Assembly (NCBI GenBank): GCA_030704615.1
Contig: CM060733.1
Location: 35,278,001 to 35,342,000, forward strand
DNA: 64,000 bases
Reading direction: 5' to 3'
Source: Takakia lepidozioides
Taxonomy: Eukaryota; Plantae; Bryophyta
The stretch's first letter is position 1; each line of letters begins with the position of its first letter. Positions 38,963-51,629 of the stretch are shown here, one piece after another. The notes under the pieces are model-generated. The model made no database searches and was not told the origin of the DNA. It was given only the letters and a program-made list of their open reading frames with translations. The position numbers and the translations under genes are program-made.

Positions 38963-41684
38963 TCATCCACCACGTATAGTGGCATACCTCAACGTATCAC
39001 GGTGCTGTGCAATGGCAAGGTTCTCAAAAGCCATGGGCATGACTTTCTTGAACAACTCTGCACGCTGATCACATACACGTACCCACACGTCCGGGTCGTC
39101 AAGGTTAAGGACTTGAGCAGTGTCCCTACGAATGGCTGCAGGCAAATCCGGCTCTCGGCCAAAGAGAAGGAAATATGGTGAGAAGGAGGCAAGTGATGCT
39201 TGTTTGCTGAACCTGTAGCCCATGGCTAACCAAGGAACCTGAAGATCCCAATCTCCTATGTGTCCCTTCTGCAAGCCATACTTGCGCAAACCCATCTTTA
39301 CCGTCTGAACAACTCTCTCTGCTAAGCCATCGGCCTCAGGATGATCCCGAGAAGTGGTGCGGTGGTCTATCAAGGCTTTATCACACAAAGCCTGAAACTC
39401 CCCCAAAAACTCTCTCCCTTGGTCCGTGAGTACCTCAGCTGGAGCACCAAATCGGCTAAGCACACGATCCAAGAATGCATACGCAGCCCCCTCACTAGCC
39501 TTGTCAGGCAATGGAACCAACTCAATCCACTTGGAGAAGTGCTCCACCATCACCAACACATATCTGTGGTGGCGCATAGTCAGTGGCAACGGTCCTGCAA
39601 AGTCAAGACTCCACCTGTAGCCCAATCCCATGATTGGTAAAGGATGCAACTGTGGTGTAGGGGCGTTGAATGAAGCACGCACCCTGTCACACACCATGCA
39701 CCTAGCCACGAACTGTTGCACCTCTGTATGCATACCACGCCACCAATACTGCCCCTGCAGTAAACTGTGAGTGCGTCGCACTCCAAAATGCCCCAACTCC
39801 TCATGGGCATGCCGCACTAACCGTGCACGCTGTGTGGGGTGAGGCACAATCCACACCCGACCATCCTCCCACACTCGAAGTAGGTGTATCCCCTCCCACT
39901 TGAACCTCTTGGCTCGTTGCAGGATCCGATCCCTCTCCCTGGCAGTCACAATGGCTGTCGTGTCTCCCGTGCGGAGGTAGTCCAACACAGCCGAATCCTC
40001 ATGTATATCTCTGGCACCACCTAGCTCATCACTAGCCTCAGGGTCCTCAGACACTCCGTCTACAGTCATCCCTATTGTAGATCCAATCTGACCTCCCGAT
40101 GCCAAGATACACAAAAATGCAGATGCGTGCCATCCCGGCACCATCTCCTCGTCCGTCTCACCATGCCACCGAGCTCCAGTGTCATCCTGCTGGCTCATGC
40201 ATGGATTGCGACTCAATCCATCCGCATCCCGATTGACCAAACCCGGTCGATGCACAACCTGAAAGTCATACTCCTGGAGTATAAGTGCCCACCGTGCAAG
40301 CTTCCCCGTAAGCTTGTCTGACTCCATCAACCACTTGAGTGGCTGGTGATCCGTGACAAGGGTGAAAAGATTGCTGTATAGATAGCACCTGAAGTGTGCC
40401 ACGGCACACACTGCAGCTAAGCACTCTCCCTCATATGAGCTGTACTTAGCCTCTGCAGCGTTGTTCGAGCGGCTAGCGTAAGCCACTACGAACTCTCTTC
40501 CCTCATCATCCACCTGTGTGAGCACTGCTCCAAGCCCCAGCATGCTCCAATCCGTATGCAGCTGAAAGGGACGCCCCCTGATAGGTCGTCTCAAGATAGG
40601 CGCCGAGGTCAACCTCGCCTTGAGCTCTTGAAAAGCTCGTTCCTGCTCATCTTCCCACTGCCACTCCTGGTCCACCTTGGTCAGCTTGGTTAGAGCCTTT
40701 GCAATGGTACTAAATCCCTTGACAAACCGTCTATAATAGTTTGCCAACCCCATGAAAGCTCGAACTCGGCTCACATCCGTGGGGCGTGGAATTTGTGCAA
40801 TGGCCTCTACCTTAGTTTGCTGTACCCCCAATCCTCCAGGATATATCATGTGACCCAGATACTCAATCTGGTTGTGGAAAAACTTGCACTTCCCCGGATG
40901 CAACTTTCAATCCGTGCGCTCTCAAGCGCTCCAATACCACCTGAAGGTGTCTCTCATGCTCCTCCATCGTAACACTAAAGATGATGATGTCATCTATGTA
41001 GCACCGAGCAAAGTCCACCCCTGCTAGAATCCTATCCATGACTCTCTGAAACTCTGCAAGAGCATTCTTAAGCCCAAATGGTAAGAACCGCCACTGGTAT
41101 AGGCAATCCTTGCCGTGCTCATTGATCCCCCAGAATGTCGTCTTCTGCTTGTCCGCCTCCTTGATTGGCAACTGGTGATATCCGGATCGTAAATCCAAAG
41201 TGCTAAAGGCCTTAGCATGCCCGATGGCATCAAAGATCTCCTCCGGTGTTGGCATGGCATACTTATCGGACTTGGTCTGACGATTTACAGGCCGGTAATC
41301 ACCGCACATACGTCTCTCCGTCCAATTGCCATAGACATCCTTCTTGGCTGGCATCACTGTGGCTGAAGCATACTCTCCACCAGAGAGCTCCACCAAACCT
41401 GCCTCCCAGAGATCTTGAGTCCTCATCTGAATCAAAGACCTCTCCATGTCACTGTATCTATAGGGTCTCCGAAAGATTGGCGTGTCAGTGGCCAACTCAA
41501 TACGGATCTCTTGACCCTTCAGTGCTCCCAAGTCCTTCAAACTGAAGGCAAAGCAATTCCTGTAAGCCCTCAGGAACCGCCGTATACGTCGTCTCTCTCC
41601 TCCGGTGACAATGGGTCCAATGTCAGGCTCCCAATTGTCCTCCGTAACTACAACCTTAAGTCCAGTGGGCTTAGAGGTAGCCAT
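38963..41684 (-). CDS. Gypsy RT - RNase H - integrase
   Basis: RMCGDYRPVN, LDLRSGYHQL, LPFGLKNA, CYIDDIII; LHTDWS...YSSYEGECLA...TDHQPL; HEELGHFG...CMVCD; WSLDFAGP, LTDQGREF, HPEADGLAERVVQTVK. Confidence 0.97.
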
Positions 41685-41689
41685 GGAAG

Positions 41690-42610
41690 CACCATTGCTT
41701 GCCCCAACACTTGACGACGTGATGCCTCAGAAAGAGACGACACCGCCGTGGTACCAGTGGTAAAACCCATTGCCCGCTCACGCTCGTCAGCATTAGGCTC
41801 CACTAACTGCTGCAACTGAGCATCCCACAGGAGGCCAGGTCCACTATCCCGGAAAGCATGCGATCCTGGGAAGCTGAGCAGTGTAGGTAATGCTGCTCGT
41901 GGTTGACCCACCTTGTTGACCACTGCCAAAGGCGAACGGTCATCGTGTCTCACACGCTGAGACTGCCTCCCTGTGTCCAGAATGTTATCCACTGTGAGAT
42001 GTGCTGGCCGCTGCACCCCATCAAATGCACGCTTGAGCAGTGCGGGTGGCATCAAGTTAGTCCACCATAGCCGTGGACGATGAGCCGTGACCCCACTGTA
42101 GCTGCATCTAGCAACACTGCTGACCCAAGCCACGACCGGACTTGATGCACACTGGCCATCACCCTGGCCCGAGAATCGCCCATCAGTGGCACATTCTCCA
42201 AGATGTATGCTGGAGATACAGCTTGATGAAGCTGCAAGTGGCGCAAAACCCGCACCATCTCCCAAAACAGACCCGACCTCGAGTCTCGCAATCCATTGCC
42301 ATGCCCGGCTGATGAATGCCCTTGGCAGGCCAACCTGCCACTACCAGATCAATGGAGCCAACCCGCTCCAAATCCTGCGCCCCCAGCAACGAAATGTCTG
42401 CTGGCAAGGCCTGCTGATATCCACGAATTGCAGACACCGACAACAACTCAGGGTACCGCTGCACCAACTGAGCAACATGGCGAAGTGAAACGCGTCGTGC
42501 AGTCTCATCCCTCTCCACATACAGGTAACGCCGAACTCGTACACCTGCCTGTAACACAGCAGCCAATCCGGTGCTGATCCCGCCAAACAAGTCCAGAAGA
42601 CAAATGCCTT
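41690..42610 (-). CDS. DNMT3-like C5 DNA cytosine methyltransferase domain within pol (single-base frameshifts near 42329 and 42088)
   Basis: Motif I LLDLFGGISTG; II YLYVERD; IV DLVVAGWPCQGHS (restored across a 1-bp deletion); RSGLFWE; VI YILENV; VIII AHRPRLWWTNL; IX ERERAMGF; X RRQVLGQAM. Confidence 0.93.
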
Positions 42611-42949
42611 CATCCGGATACTGCCACACAATAGGTGTGGTGTCCAATGGAGACAATTGAGGTGGTCCTGGTGCAATCCCCACACTCTCCTCCTCCTCTC
42701 CTGACGGTACAAAAGCCTCCACCCAGGCTTGTTGCACCCGTCGATCAGCATCCCGCTGCAAATCCTTGCTCGTGCCCCACAATGGAGTCTGAGCAACCAT
42801 GGTAGGCAACTCCGCCATACCATACATGTCATCCTGCTCTCCCGGAGGTGGTACATCCTCTGAATGAGCATTGCCCTCAAGCAACTCTCTAGGCCAACTC
42901 ACTGCCGCTGTGAATGCTGCTAGTGTCGGCATCTTGCCTCGCTGGGCAA

Positions 42950-43330
42950 CCGCAACTCCTCCTATGAACGTCACAGGCTCCCCTGACTGCCATGCAGGCC
43001 TATAGGAAGCTGACTCCTCCCAAAAATCCAGGGTGAAGCCCATGGGGTACAACACTGCCCCACCAACCAGGACATCGTATGAGACTGCGTCTGTCACAAT
43101 GGCCTTGGCTCGCATCACTGAGCCATCTGTAGGGTGATCCGGCCGTAGTCTGATAGCCAACTCACGCCGTGTCATGCCCCGAGCCTGCTCCGATCCTCCC
43201 AGAGACGTCTGTATCTGGAAAGGACAAGGCTCCATATCCGCCTCCGTGAGGCCCAAGCCTGCAATAGCAGCTCTGCCCAGCATCAATGGCTGAGCTCCCG
43301 AGTCCAACAGACCCGCAGTGGCCGGTACCT
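42950..43330 (-). CDS. Gypsy aspartic protease
   Basis: LLDSGAQPLMLG active-site motif and downstream YDVLVGGAVL. Confidence 0.85.
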
Positions 43331-45188
43331 CTTGCCTGCCGGTCCACTCAAACAGAAAATGCCATCCTGGTTGTCTAACATGACAACTCCAGGTGTCACC
43401 ATGGCGCGCTCAATGGCTGGCCTAGCTGGCAGCTCCATCAACCTGGCAGCTGCAGCTTGCCATGGCGCCGCCGTGGCAGTCTTGACCCTCAAATCCGAGG
43501 ATCCCTCCGGCACTACACCTCCCACTATCTCCGCAGAAGATGAAGTAACCTCCCCACTCTCACAGAGTGTAGCTGCCAGCCTGAACACCTCAGCTGGTCT
43601 TACCCCCGGCGTCGCAATCATGGTAGCCGAGAACAATGGAGCCTGGCACACAGATGTGGCCGCTCCTAGCAGCACACTAGCTGCCGTAGCCTTGGCAACA
43701 CTAGGTAGTGGTGCTACCCGTGTAGCTCTCCCCAATGGCATAGTAACCTCCGCCTCGGTAACAGTCGGGCGAGAACTAGGTGCCATGGATGGCGTCGACA
43801 CTGTCTCCGCCAATGTGAATGACTGAGGAAGCCTAGCCTGACGGCTTGCCTCCCCACGCTGTGGATCCAACTCCACCTCTGCACCTCGTGGCTCAGGAAC
43901 TCGTGCTGCTCCTCGAGTCACGGCTGCAGCAGACTCCACCTGCACTAGTGGTAGTGCTGCTCCACACATGAATCCCATGCCTCCCATATCTCCTCCCTCA
44001 GGAGCAGGAGGTGGACCATCCGGCCTTAGAGCCGGTACCACCTGAGCTGTAGCCATGGCAGCGAGCCTCTGCTCTAGCTGCTGAAGCCGGTTGGCCATGC
44101 CTTGGTCAACACCCTGACCTCCGCGTCCTTGGCCATGTTGAGCTTGCCCTTGGCCTGCACCTCGTGGCTGGCCACCTCGTCCTCTCTGGGCTGCTCCACC
44201 TCGCCCCCGGCCACCATTGTTCCCTTGGAACTGGCCTGGGCGCAACTCAGGATGCAAACCATAACACTGGGCCTCTCCATGCCCGTGCTTGCCACAATGC
44301 CCACACTGCAACTGTGCAGGCTGTGCATGTGCCGGCCCTTTGCCTCCCTCTGGGCAATCCTTCTTGACATGGGGTCCTCCACATGTCCAGCACACCACAT
44401 CCGCCCGTTGTTGGCCAGCAAATGAAGGGAGAGACCCCTGCATCTGAGGTCCTCTCTGCCCTTCCCTGAGCTTCACCTGAGCCCCCTTGTTGCCTTGAGC
44501 ACGTTGAGGTAGTGGTTGGCTAGGAGCACCACTACCCCGTGGTGTCTCCTTAGCAATCCCACCATGACCACTCGTTCCTCCACCATGTTGAGCTCTATCC
44601 GCTCTGCCAGCAAAAACACATTTGCTAAGGTGGGTTGGGCCGCTTGTAGGAGAGTTGCATCCCGCACCCTTCTCCTCAGCTCCTTGTCCAATATCCCATA
44701 CCAGAATTGGACTGCCTGAGCTTCCGTAACCCCTTGGGTTACATTTATCAAGCGCCTCATGCGAGTGAAAGCCTCCCTCAAGCTCTCGGTCGGCTTCCGT
44801 TGGAACTCTTGCAAGCTCCGCAACTTCTCTGTCCTCACCCCTTGTAGTTCCGCAGTACTCCTCCACTCCGACTCAAATGCCCCCGCCTGAACTCATGGTA
44901 ATCATCCATAGGCGGCCCCTCAAGGTGCTGAAACAGCCCCTTCCATGCCATGAAAGGCGTAAATAGTTGTGGATTGCGCATTTGCTGCAAATCACACCAA
45001 CTATCAAACTCTTGGATAAAATCATCCAACTCGATGGTGCCCACCGCCCCAGAGTACCTTCGTGGCCCCTTGGTAGCTCCATACATCTCCTCCATTGTGT
45101 CCCACAACAATGGCAAAGAAACAACTTGCACCGCCGGTATGAGTCCTCCTGATTCACAATCCGAATCAGAACCTTCCGTAGAAGACAC
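43310..45188 (-). CDS. Gypsy gag (frameshifted) with two CCHC zinc knuckles
   Basis: ELDDFIQEFDSWCD; LQEFQRKPTESLREAFTRMRRL...QFWYGIL; CWTCGGPHVKKDC and CGHCGKHGHGEAQC. Confidence 0.88.
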
Positions 45189-45949
45189 AGAGGTGAAGGT
45201 GGCCTAAACCGCACACCTCGTCTCGTGTACCCACTAGTATCGCTAGTGCTCGAACCGGCACTGTCCCCAGCAACTAGTGGCACCTCCGTGTTGACACTCA
45301 ACCGGTCATGAACATGTCCCTAACCCCCTCTCCACAAGGTAACCGGGTAGAGAACCTGTTGCGGCTTATGGTTTGGAATACTAAGTTCCTAACATAGCCT
45401 ACACCTGTACCTGCATCCACCGCAAGCACTCCTATGGTTGGCTGGTCATCACCTCCAACCTCACCACAGGAGAAACAATGATGGTCTGGCTGGTCATCAC
45501 CCCAGCCTCACCATCGACAGCATGCTCTAGGACTGGCCGGTGATCAAATCCGGACCAATCACCTATAAAAACAAGCGCCCACACAAAACTAGCATGGCGC
45601 ACAGTCAAGCATGCAGGTATGGAGGGATCCAAACACAAGAAATCAGAACGACAACTCCCCCACACCAAAAACAACTCCACGGTGTTGCTCCTGCAAGGAC
45701 ACCCCAGCCCAAACCCGGACTGACTCTTGCCTCCACCTACGGAAAGGTCTTGGCCTAATGAGAGGGTGGAAACTACGAGGAAGAGAAGCTAAAGCAATGC
45801 CTAACCCCAGCATGCCCTCATCCCAACACTCTTCCTCTCCTCTCTTCCCTCCTCACTTGCATGACCATGGGAATATCATGAAGATACTCCTCAAACCGCC
45901 CTCCACGAGCTTCAAAATTCGGCCTTCCAACCACATGCCAGTCCTTAGG

Positions 45950-46632
45950 CAGTCCACAGTGCCTCCACGAGTCAGCACAGGCCGTCCACAGGTCACACGG
46001 GCCACCACAGACCAGCACAGGCCCACACAGCTCACTGGTCACAGCCGTCACAGTCCCACAGGCCACTGGCACAGCCTGTCACAGCCCCTCATCACAGCCT
46101 CACAGCCCGTCACAGCCCCAGCTCGGCCTGTCACAGCGCCCTCACAGCCCGTCACAGCCTCAGGGCCTCACAACAGCCCCTCACAGCCTCACGCCTCACA
46201 GCCCCACAGGTTCCACAGCCCCTCACAGCCCGTCACCCCAAGGCCATGGCACAGCCTGTCACAGCCCCGCACAGCCGTCACAGCCCACAAGGCCAAGGCA
46301 CAGCCTGTCACATTCTCACAGCCCCACAGCCCAGGCACGGCCGCGCCCTCACAGCCTGCCTCAGCACAGCCCCACGGGCCACAAGCCCCACAGCCCTCAC
46401 ACCCCGCCAAGGCGCCCGTCACAGCCCACCCCAGCCGTCGCCCTTCACAGCCCCAAAGGCCTTGTCTCAGCCCGTCACAGCCCCACAGGCCACTGGGCAC
46501 AGCCCACAGCCCCACAGCCCGTCACAGCCCACACAGGCCACAGTCACAGCCGCACAGCCCGTCCACAGTCACAGGCCACTCCAAAGGCCTCACACGCCTT
46601 TCACAGCCCGTCACAGCCTCAGCACAGCCCCA
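45950..46632. repeat. CACAGCC(C)/GTCACAGCC minisatellite in the Gypsy leader
   Basis: Dozens of degenerate CACAGCC units over about 700 bp. Confidence 0.9.
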
Positions 46633-48580
46633 TCCATGCCGCTCTAGCAGTTTAGCCATTTCTCCAAGGGGTTTAGCCACGCCAAGCTAGGGTTTGTGTC
46701 TCTTGGACTCTAGGCTTCTTTCCACCGAGCTATGGCGGCTGTGAGGAAATCAGCAAGGTATTCTTGCTCTTTCGGCTCCCACACACCACCATAGTAGCCC
46801 TAAGCCATGAGGTGGTTGCCACAAACCAAGCCTTCTTTCTCACTTAGCCTCCCCAAACACGCCACTAAACTCAATGGCAAACAACCAAGCCCTGCTGGTT
46901 CCCAGCCCTTGTGAGCACTCATTCAAGCACTCTCCTTGGCCATAGCATCTGTCTTAGAGCCTATTCCAGCCCCCTACACACCTGCTGCTTCAAGAGTTGC
47001 GCTCCCTTCAAGCTGAAGTTGAAACCCCAACTCACATAGGCCCTACAAGTGCTTTTCTTTCACTCCAAGTGGAAACCAGCCCTAGACCTTCCGTTCTAGC
47101 TCTCTAAGGCTTGAAAACAAGAGCCTCAATGGGCTGAAGGCATGCTCCACACATGCCCCACTCTCACCATAAGAGAATCAGCTCCTTTGCTTCATTTCTT
47201 GCACCCACAAACCTGAAAATACAAGCTTCAGCAGGCTGAAAGCATGCTCCACATGCCCTACAGGGAAACCACCCCCCTTCCTTCCTTTCTTGCACTCCCA
47301 CACCTGAAAGTGCAAGCCTTCACCAAGGCTGATAGATGCTGCACACATGCATTGCCCTCACATAAGGGAAGTCAGCCCTTCCTCTTCTTTGCTTGCCCTC
47401 CAAGCTTGAAGATGGAAGCTTCAATGAGCTGAATACATGCTCCACACATGCAATCTCTTCACACAAGAGATATCAGCCCCCTATCTTGGCTCCTTGGCTC
47501 CTTGATGCTCTCTAAGACAAGACTAAGCACTCCACAGCCCTTGCCAAGCTCCTGAATAAGGCTTATATTTCCAGCCACAAGACACTCCTCTTGTGGTGTA
47601 AGAACTTTTCTTCCAAGCTCTGAAACCCTAGGTGCACATTCCATGGCCTTGCCGCACCTCTTAGCTCATGTTCCAGCCCCGCTCTTGCCATGGAAGAGCC
47701 CTCATATCGCTGGAGTTTCAGATTGAAACCCCCAACTCAACATAGCCACAAATGCATTGGCTTGCATACAAGAGAAATCAGCCATCTCTTTTCACTCATA
47801 CCTCCTTATGAGCTTGAAGTTGGAGCTCCCGATAACTGTGACTTACATTTAACACCCTCGCAGCTCCACATTGCTGCAGCTCCTTAACTTGGCCTGCAGC
47901 TGAAGAAGACGACCACCAGTTCACCCACTCGAGACCAGCATCTCCCCCGCTTCACACTAGAAGCCCAAACTTGGTTGCCATAGCGTTGAGCTATGCAACG
48001 CCGCTCTTCAACATAGGCTACCCGCCTCTCTATCCATTGCAAACCTGCAACCTGTTCGCCTTTGCACTCTATCCACTTTGGATAGGCTCATGCACGGATC
48101 CCTGCACTCTAGGCTGAACCGCTTCTCATGAAAACACAAGTGCTACAAAGCAACTCGAACCTGGCACTCACAGACTCGAGCTGATCTTTCTCGAGTGATA
48201 AAGAAGAAGAATACAAGCACAAGCTCATGCGAGCTCACAAAGCTGAAGCATAAACTCATGCATATATAACCTCATCACTCAAATACAAGTCAAGCCAAGT
48301 GCACCCCACGCATGGGGAATCCACACTACGGCGCCATAGCTAGGCGCGGTGAGGCTCAACTCGAGAAAGATGAGCCTTCCGCGCTTGCCGTGAAGATAAC
48401 CACTCCAGGGCCTAAATCTGCCTTGACCCCTGGATTGACACTTGGGCCAATCCCAAATGTCAATATGTAAAAGCTAGCTATTTCCTAGCTAGTTTCACAC
48501 TAGTGGTAAAATAACTTGACATATGGCAGATCTGAGCTCAGAATGATTGACACACTTTATTTAAATTCACAGATAGACGC

Positions 48581-50600
48581 TTACAATGAATGGCATGTGC
48601 ATTTTCCCTGGTTCCATGAACGAAATGTATGTGTTTGTCCTAAATGCAAAGTTTTCACACGATAACCTGGAAACCAGCATGGGAAGCGGGCATGGCTCGT
48701 ATGTGTTGAAAGAGAATCTGGCGGAGCCCTACGTGAGGTGTCCCGCTGCAGAAGGGTGATAACTTCTCCGTAGCCTAGTGTGGCTTGGTGAATGAATTGG
48801 TCTCTCTTACCGTCGCAGCACATAATTACAAGGTATGTGTAATATTGATGTTTGCAGGGGACCCACTTCCCTCTCATGCCGAGAGCGCCCTCACGCATCG
48901 TTACAAAATCCGGACAAGTGCACGTAGGGAAATTCCCCACGGTAACCTGATATTCTTTGCCATGAAGAACTGAGCCAATAGACAACACTGTATAAATCCG
49001 TCCATACCCCGGGGCGGGGACTTCGGTGATACGAGTCACCCGAGCCTGCAAAATTCTAGCCGATTCCATCTTGCAGTTGTGATGTGCACCCGAAGCAACA
49101 CGACGCACAGTTTTTCCATCTCTTTTTGTTGGGTGGGAGTCGGCACCGGGTGGAGGCATTGCCGGAGCATGTGGCACATCTGTGCCCACAGTGCATGAGG
49201 GCACCACCCGGGACCGTGCAAGACAGAACCCTCCCTCCTCCAACATGCTTATCTTGGTTGGTGACAGCGACGTCCCAAGTTTCACAGGCTAAATTGCGGG
49301 GGGAGGGGGTTTCATCATCACCGAAGGACGAACTGTTCCCTTGACAAGGGCACCACTCGGGATCGTGCAAGACACAACCCTCCCTCCTCCAGCATGCTTA
49401 TCTCGATTGTTGACAGCGACGTCCCAAGTTTCACAGGCCAAATTGCGGGGGGAGGGGGTTTCATCATCACCGAAGGACGAACTGTTCCCTTGACGCATCG
49501 TGCCATATCGTCTGGGCAGAACCAGAACTTGTGGTCCTTTGACTCCCCACTATGATAAGGTCGGAACAACCATGTGAATGTTGGAGCTTGAGTCCCCCTG
49601 GAGCCTTTGCATATTTTTTATTTACAATTCTTGAAAGAGGGGGTCCGAATTGCCATGCAAGCCACTCTAGATCCTAGTGGGGTGCGTTCTATATGCCACT
49701 CACTGTCAATGCAATCAGATTCATGCACCAAGGACACCACCTCCTCCAATGGGATTCTTGCTGTTGTGTTTGCATGATCTGCACCTGCTCCACTGGAAGA
49801 GGACCCACATGGGAAAGGGCGGGCACACGACTTAGTCTGCACCGGAGACACCTTTGGTAAACCGACCTTTGAAATTTCAATCCAATGTCGTTGTGGATGT
49901 TCGATGTTTTTGTCCTGCACCAAGGGTGCCCGTCATGTTTCTTGTCCATGCCCTACAAAAGCCCAGCTAGTCCACTAGAAGACGTGGGAGGGTTGAGCTC
50001 AAACAAGATGTCCCCATCAAACTCTACTGGCACATATTGAACCCGCTGCACCAAAAGGGACTCCTTATCAACAAAACGCAGCTCGCTCTTGCACCCAGGC
50101 ACCCCGACGAGGGCTTTCAATTTCGGAATGACATTCGTTATCTCCTGCAATTTGTCATCATCCCAGAATGGAGTCTGCACTGGCGGAGGAATCTCAGAAA
50201 CATCCTCCAAGAACGAGTCTGAAAGAGTCATGAATGTGGTGGATGTGTTCACCTCTTGTTTCACATGAACTGGGCCCTTCTGCTACACGACCGATGCTGC
50301 AGTGCCAGGGGTAAGTACTGATCATGCTGATTGTCTTCTCTCTTTTCCAAGGACGCGGTATGTGCCTAGAAGGACCCTCCACTTCCTTCCACACTCGCCA
50401 ACCAATGGTCTCTCCAAGTGCCCAGAATCCAAATTCCCATCCTCGTCATACACCTCTTCTTGAAAAAACAGATAACCCAATTCCAGAGGGAACACTGTAA
50501 CCAGCTCATCCTCACGAACAATTGCAAACCCATCGTCATCTGCAGTGGCAGTCAGTGGAAGACTACCTGCATTGGAATGAAGGTCGGCCACAGACTTCAT
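48581..50600 (-). pseudogene. Mutator-like SWIM transposase derivative lacking the DDE core
   Basis: Homologous to both ends of the 1180-aa protein (FDGDILFELNP, GMDKKHDGHPWCRT; FWFCPDD, IWPVKLGT, GYGRIY, VTVGNFPTCTCPDF...PCKHQY). Includes a roughly 150-bp tandem duplication at 49195-49495. Confidence 0.85.
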
Positions 50601-51174
50601 TTCGAAGCAGCTTGTGGAGCTCAGACACAAAGACAAATGAAAACTACTCTCATATAATACGGCAAAGTAGGAACACAATTTTCATCGAAAAACAAAACAA
50701 ACATACCCTCTGTGATAGAGGGAGACATCCCCACATACAGATAGCTATCTGCACATACCGACAAAGGGAAAGCTCTCAACAAATATGCCCAAGTGGGCAG
50801 TGCGTTGAAGGCATGACACATGGCAGCAAACTGCCAAAAGCCCAAAATGCGGCCAGCCTTCACACATGGCAGTCAACAGCGACCATGTAGTCATGACCCT
50901 GACTACATGACTCCAGTACAACCAATGGAAGAACACCACGTAGTTGAAATGTCCATGATCTGCGGTCATGAAGTCATGGACATGACTACTCTGACGCACT
51001 ACCAACTACATGACTCCATCACTACGACTCCATGACTCCAATACATCCAACGGAAGAACGACACGTAGTTCGGACTCCAGTCACTCCCACGACTGTCCAA
51101 AATGCGGACATGCGCGGGCGTGCTGCGAGCATGTCAGAGTGTGTGCATCGTGCAAGGCGTACCGGGACTGTACA

Positions 51175-51417
51175 CTATCGAAGGTTTGGGTCCCTCCCAT
51201 ACTTTGTTGGGTGCTTTTTGGCCATCGGTAGAGACTGCGGGATCCCTCCATGGCATATTCTGCAGTTGCACAATATTTTGCGGTGCCCTTGTGCAATGGC
51301 ATGCGCCTCCTCTAGTCGCCACAGTTTCTCATCTTTCCTACGCACACGGAGTCGTTGAGCTGTCAGCCGAAACCCCGCTCTCGTTGTATACATCGTACTT
51401 ACACAGGGGGTGTGCAA
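51175..51417 (-). pseudogene. CACTA-type transposase-associated domain fragment
   Basis: KILCNCRICHGG...AKKHPTKYGRDP resembles the CxCxxC...H...YG pattern of the EnSpm N-terminal transposase-associated domain. Confidence 0.5.
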
Positions 51418-51629
51418 GGGTCTTTGTAGCTGATGTCAAACTGCCATGGTCAGGCCCTTCCCGTGGGGGGCTGCTATTTCATGAGCGGCATGAGCATGAG
51501 CGGAAAAAAAAAAAGCATGAGCGGACCATTGTGTGTCCACGGAAATAGGGTTAGGAGGCACGGAAATAGGGTCATGTGAAGTTGGAATGTGGCACCAGTG
51601 GACTCGTCATAGCAATGAAATGCAACATT

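Larger units (their letters stand above)
37880..48340 (-). mobile_element. Ty3/Gypsy LTR retrotransposon with embedded DNA cytosine methyltransferase and PHD finger (boundaries approximate)
   Basis: Order gag - 2 knuckles - PR - DNMT - RT - RH - IN - PHD. Putative PBS TGGCGCCGTAGTGTGG at 48321-48336 (tRNA-Lys-like) and a roughly 3-kb leader. LTR pair not confidently resolved. Confidence 0.9.

Noticed and set aside
38963-43307. DIRS/tyrosine-recombinase element as the methyltransferase carrier
   Set aside because: A DDE integrase and an aspartic protease are present, no tyrosine recombinase is seen, and the MTase is C5-type rather than DIRS Dam-like.
45611-46690. 359-aa ORF as a real protein
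   Set aside because: It mostly translates a stop-poor minisatellite, antisense to the element.
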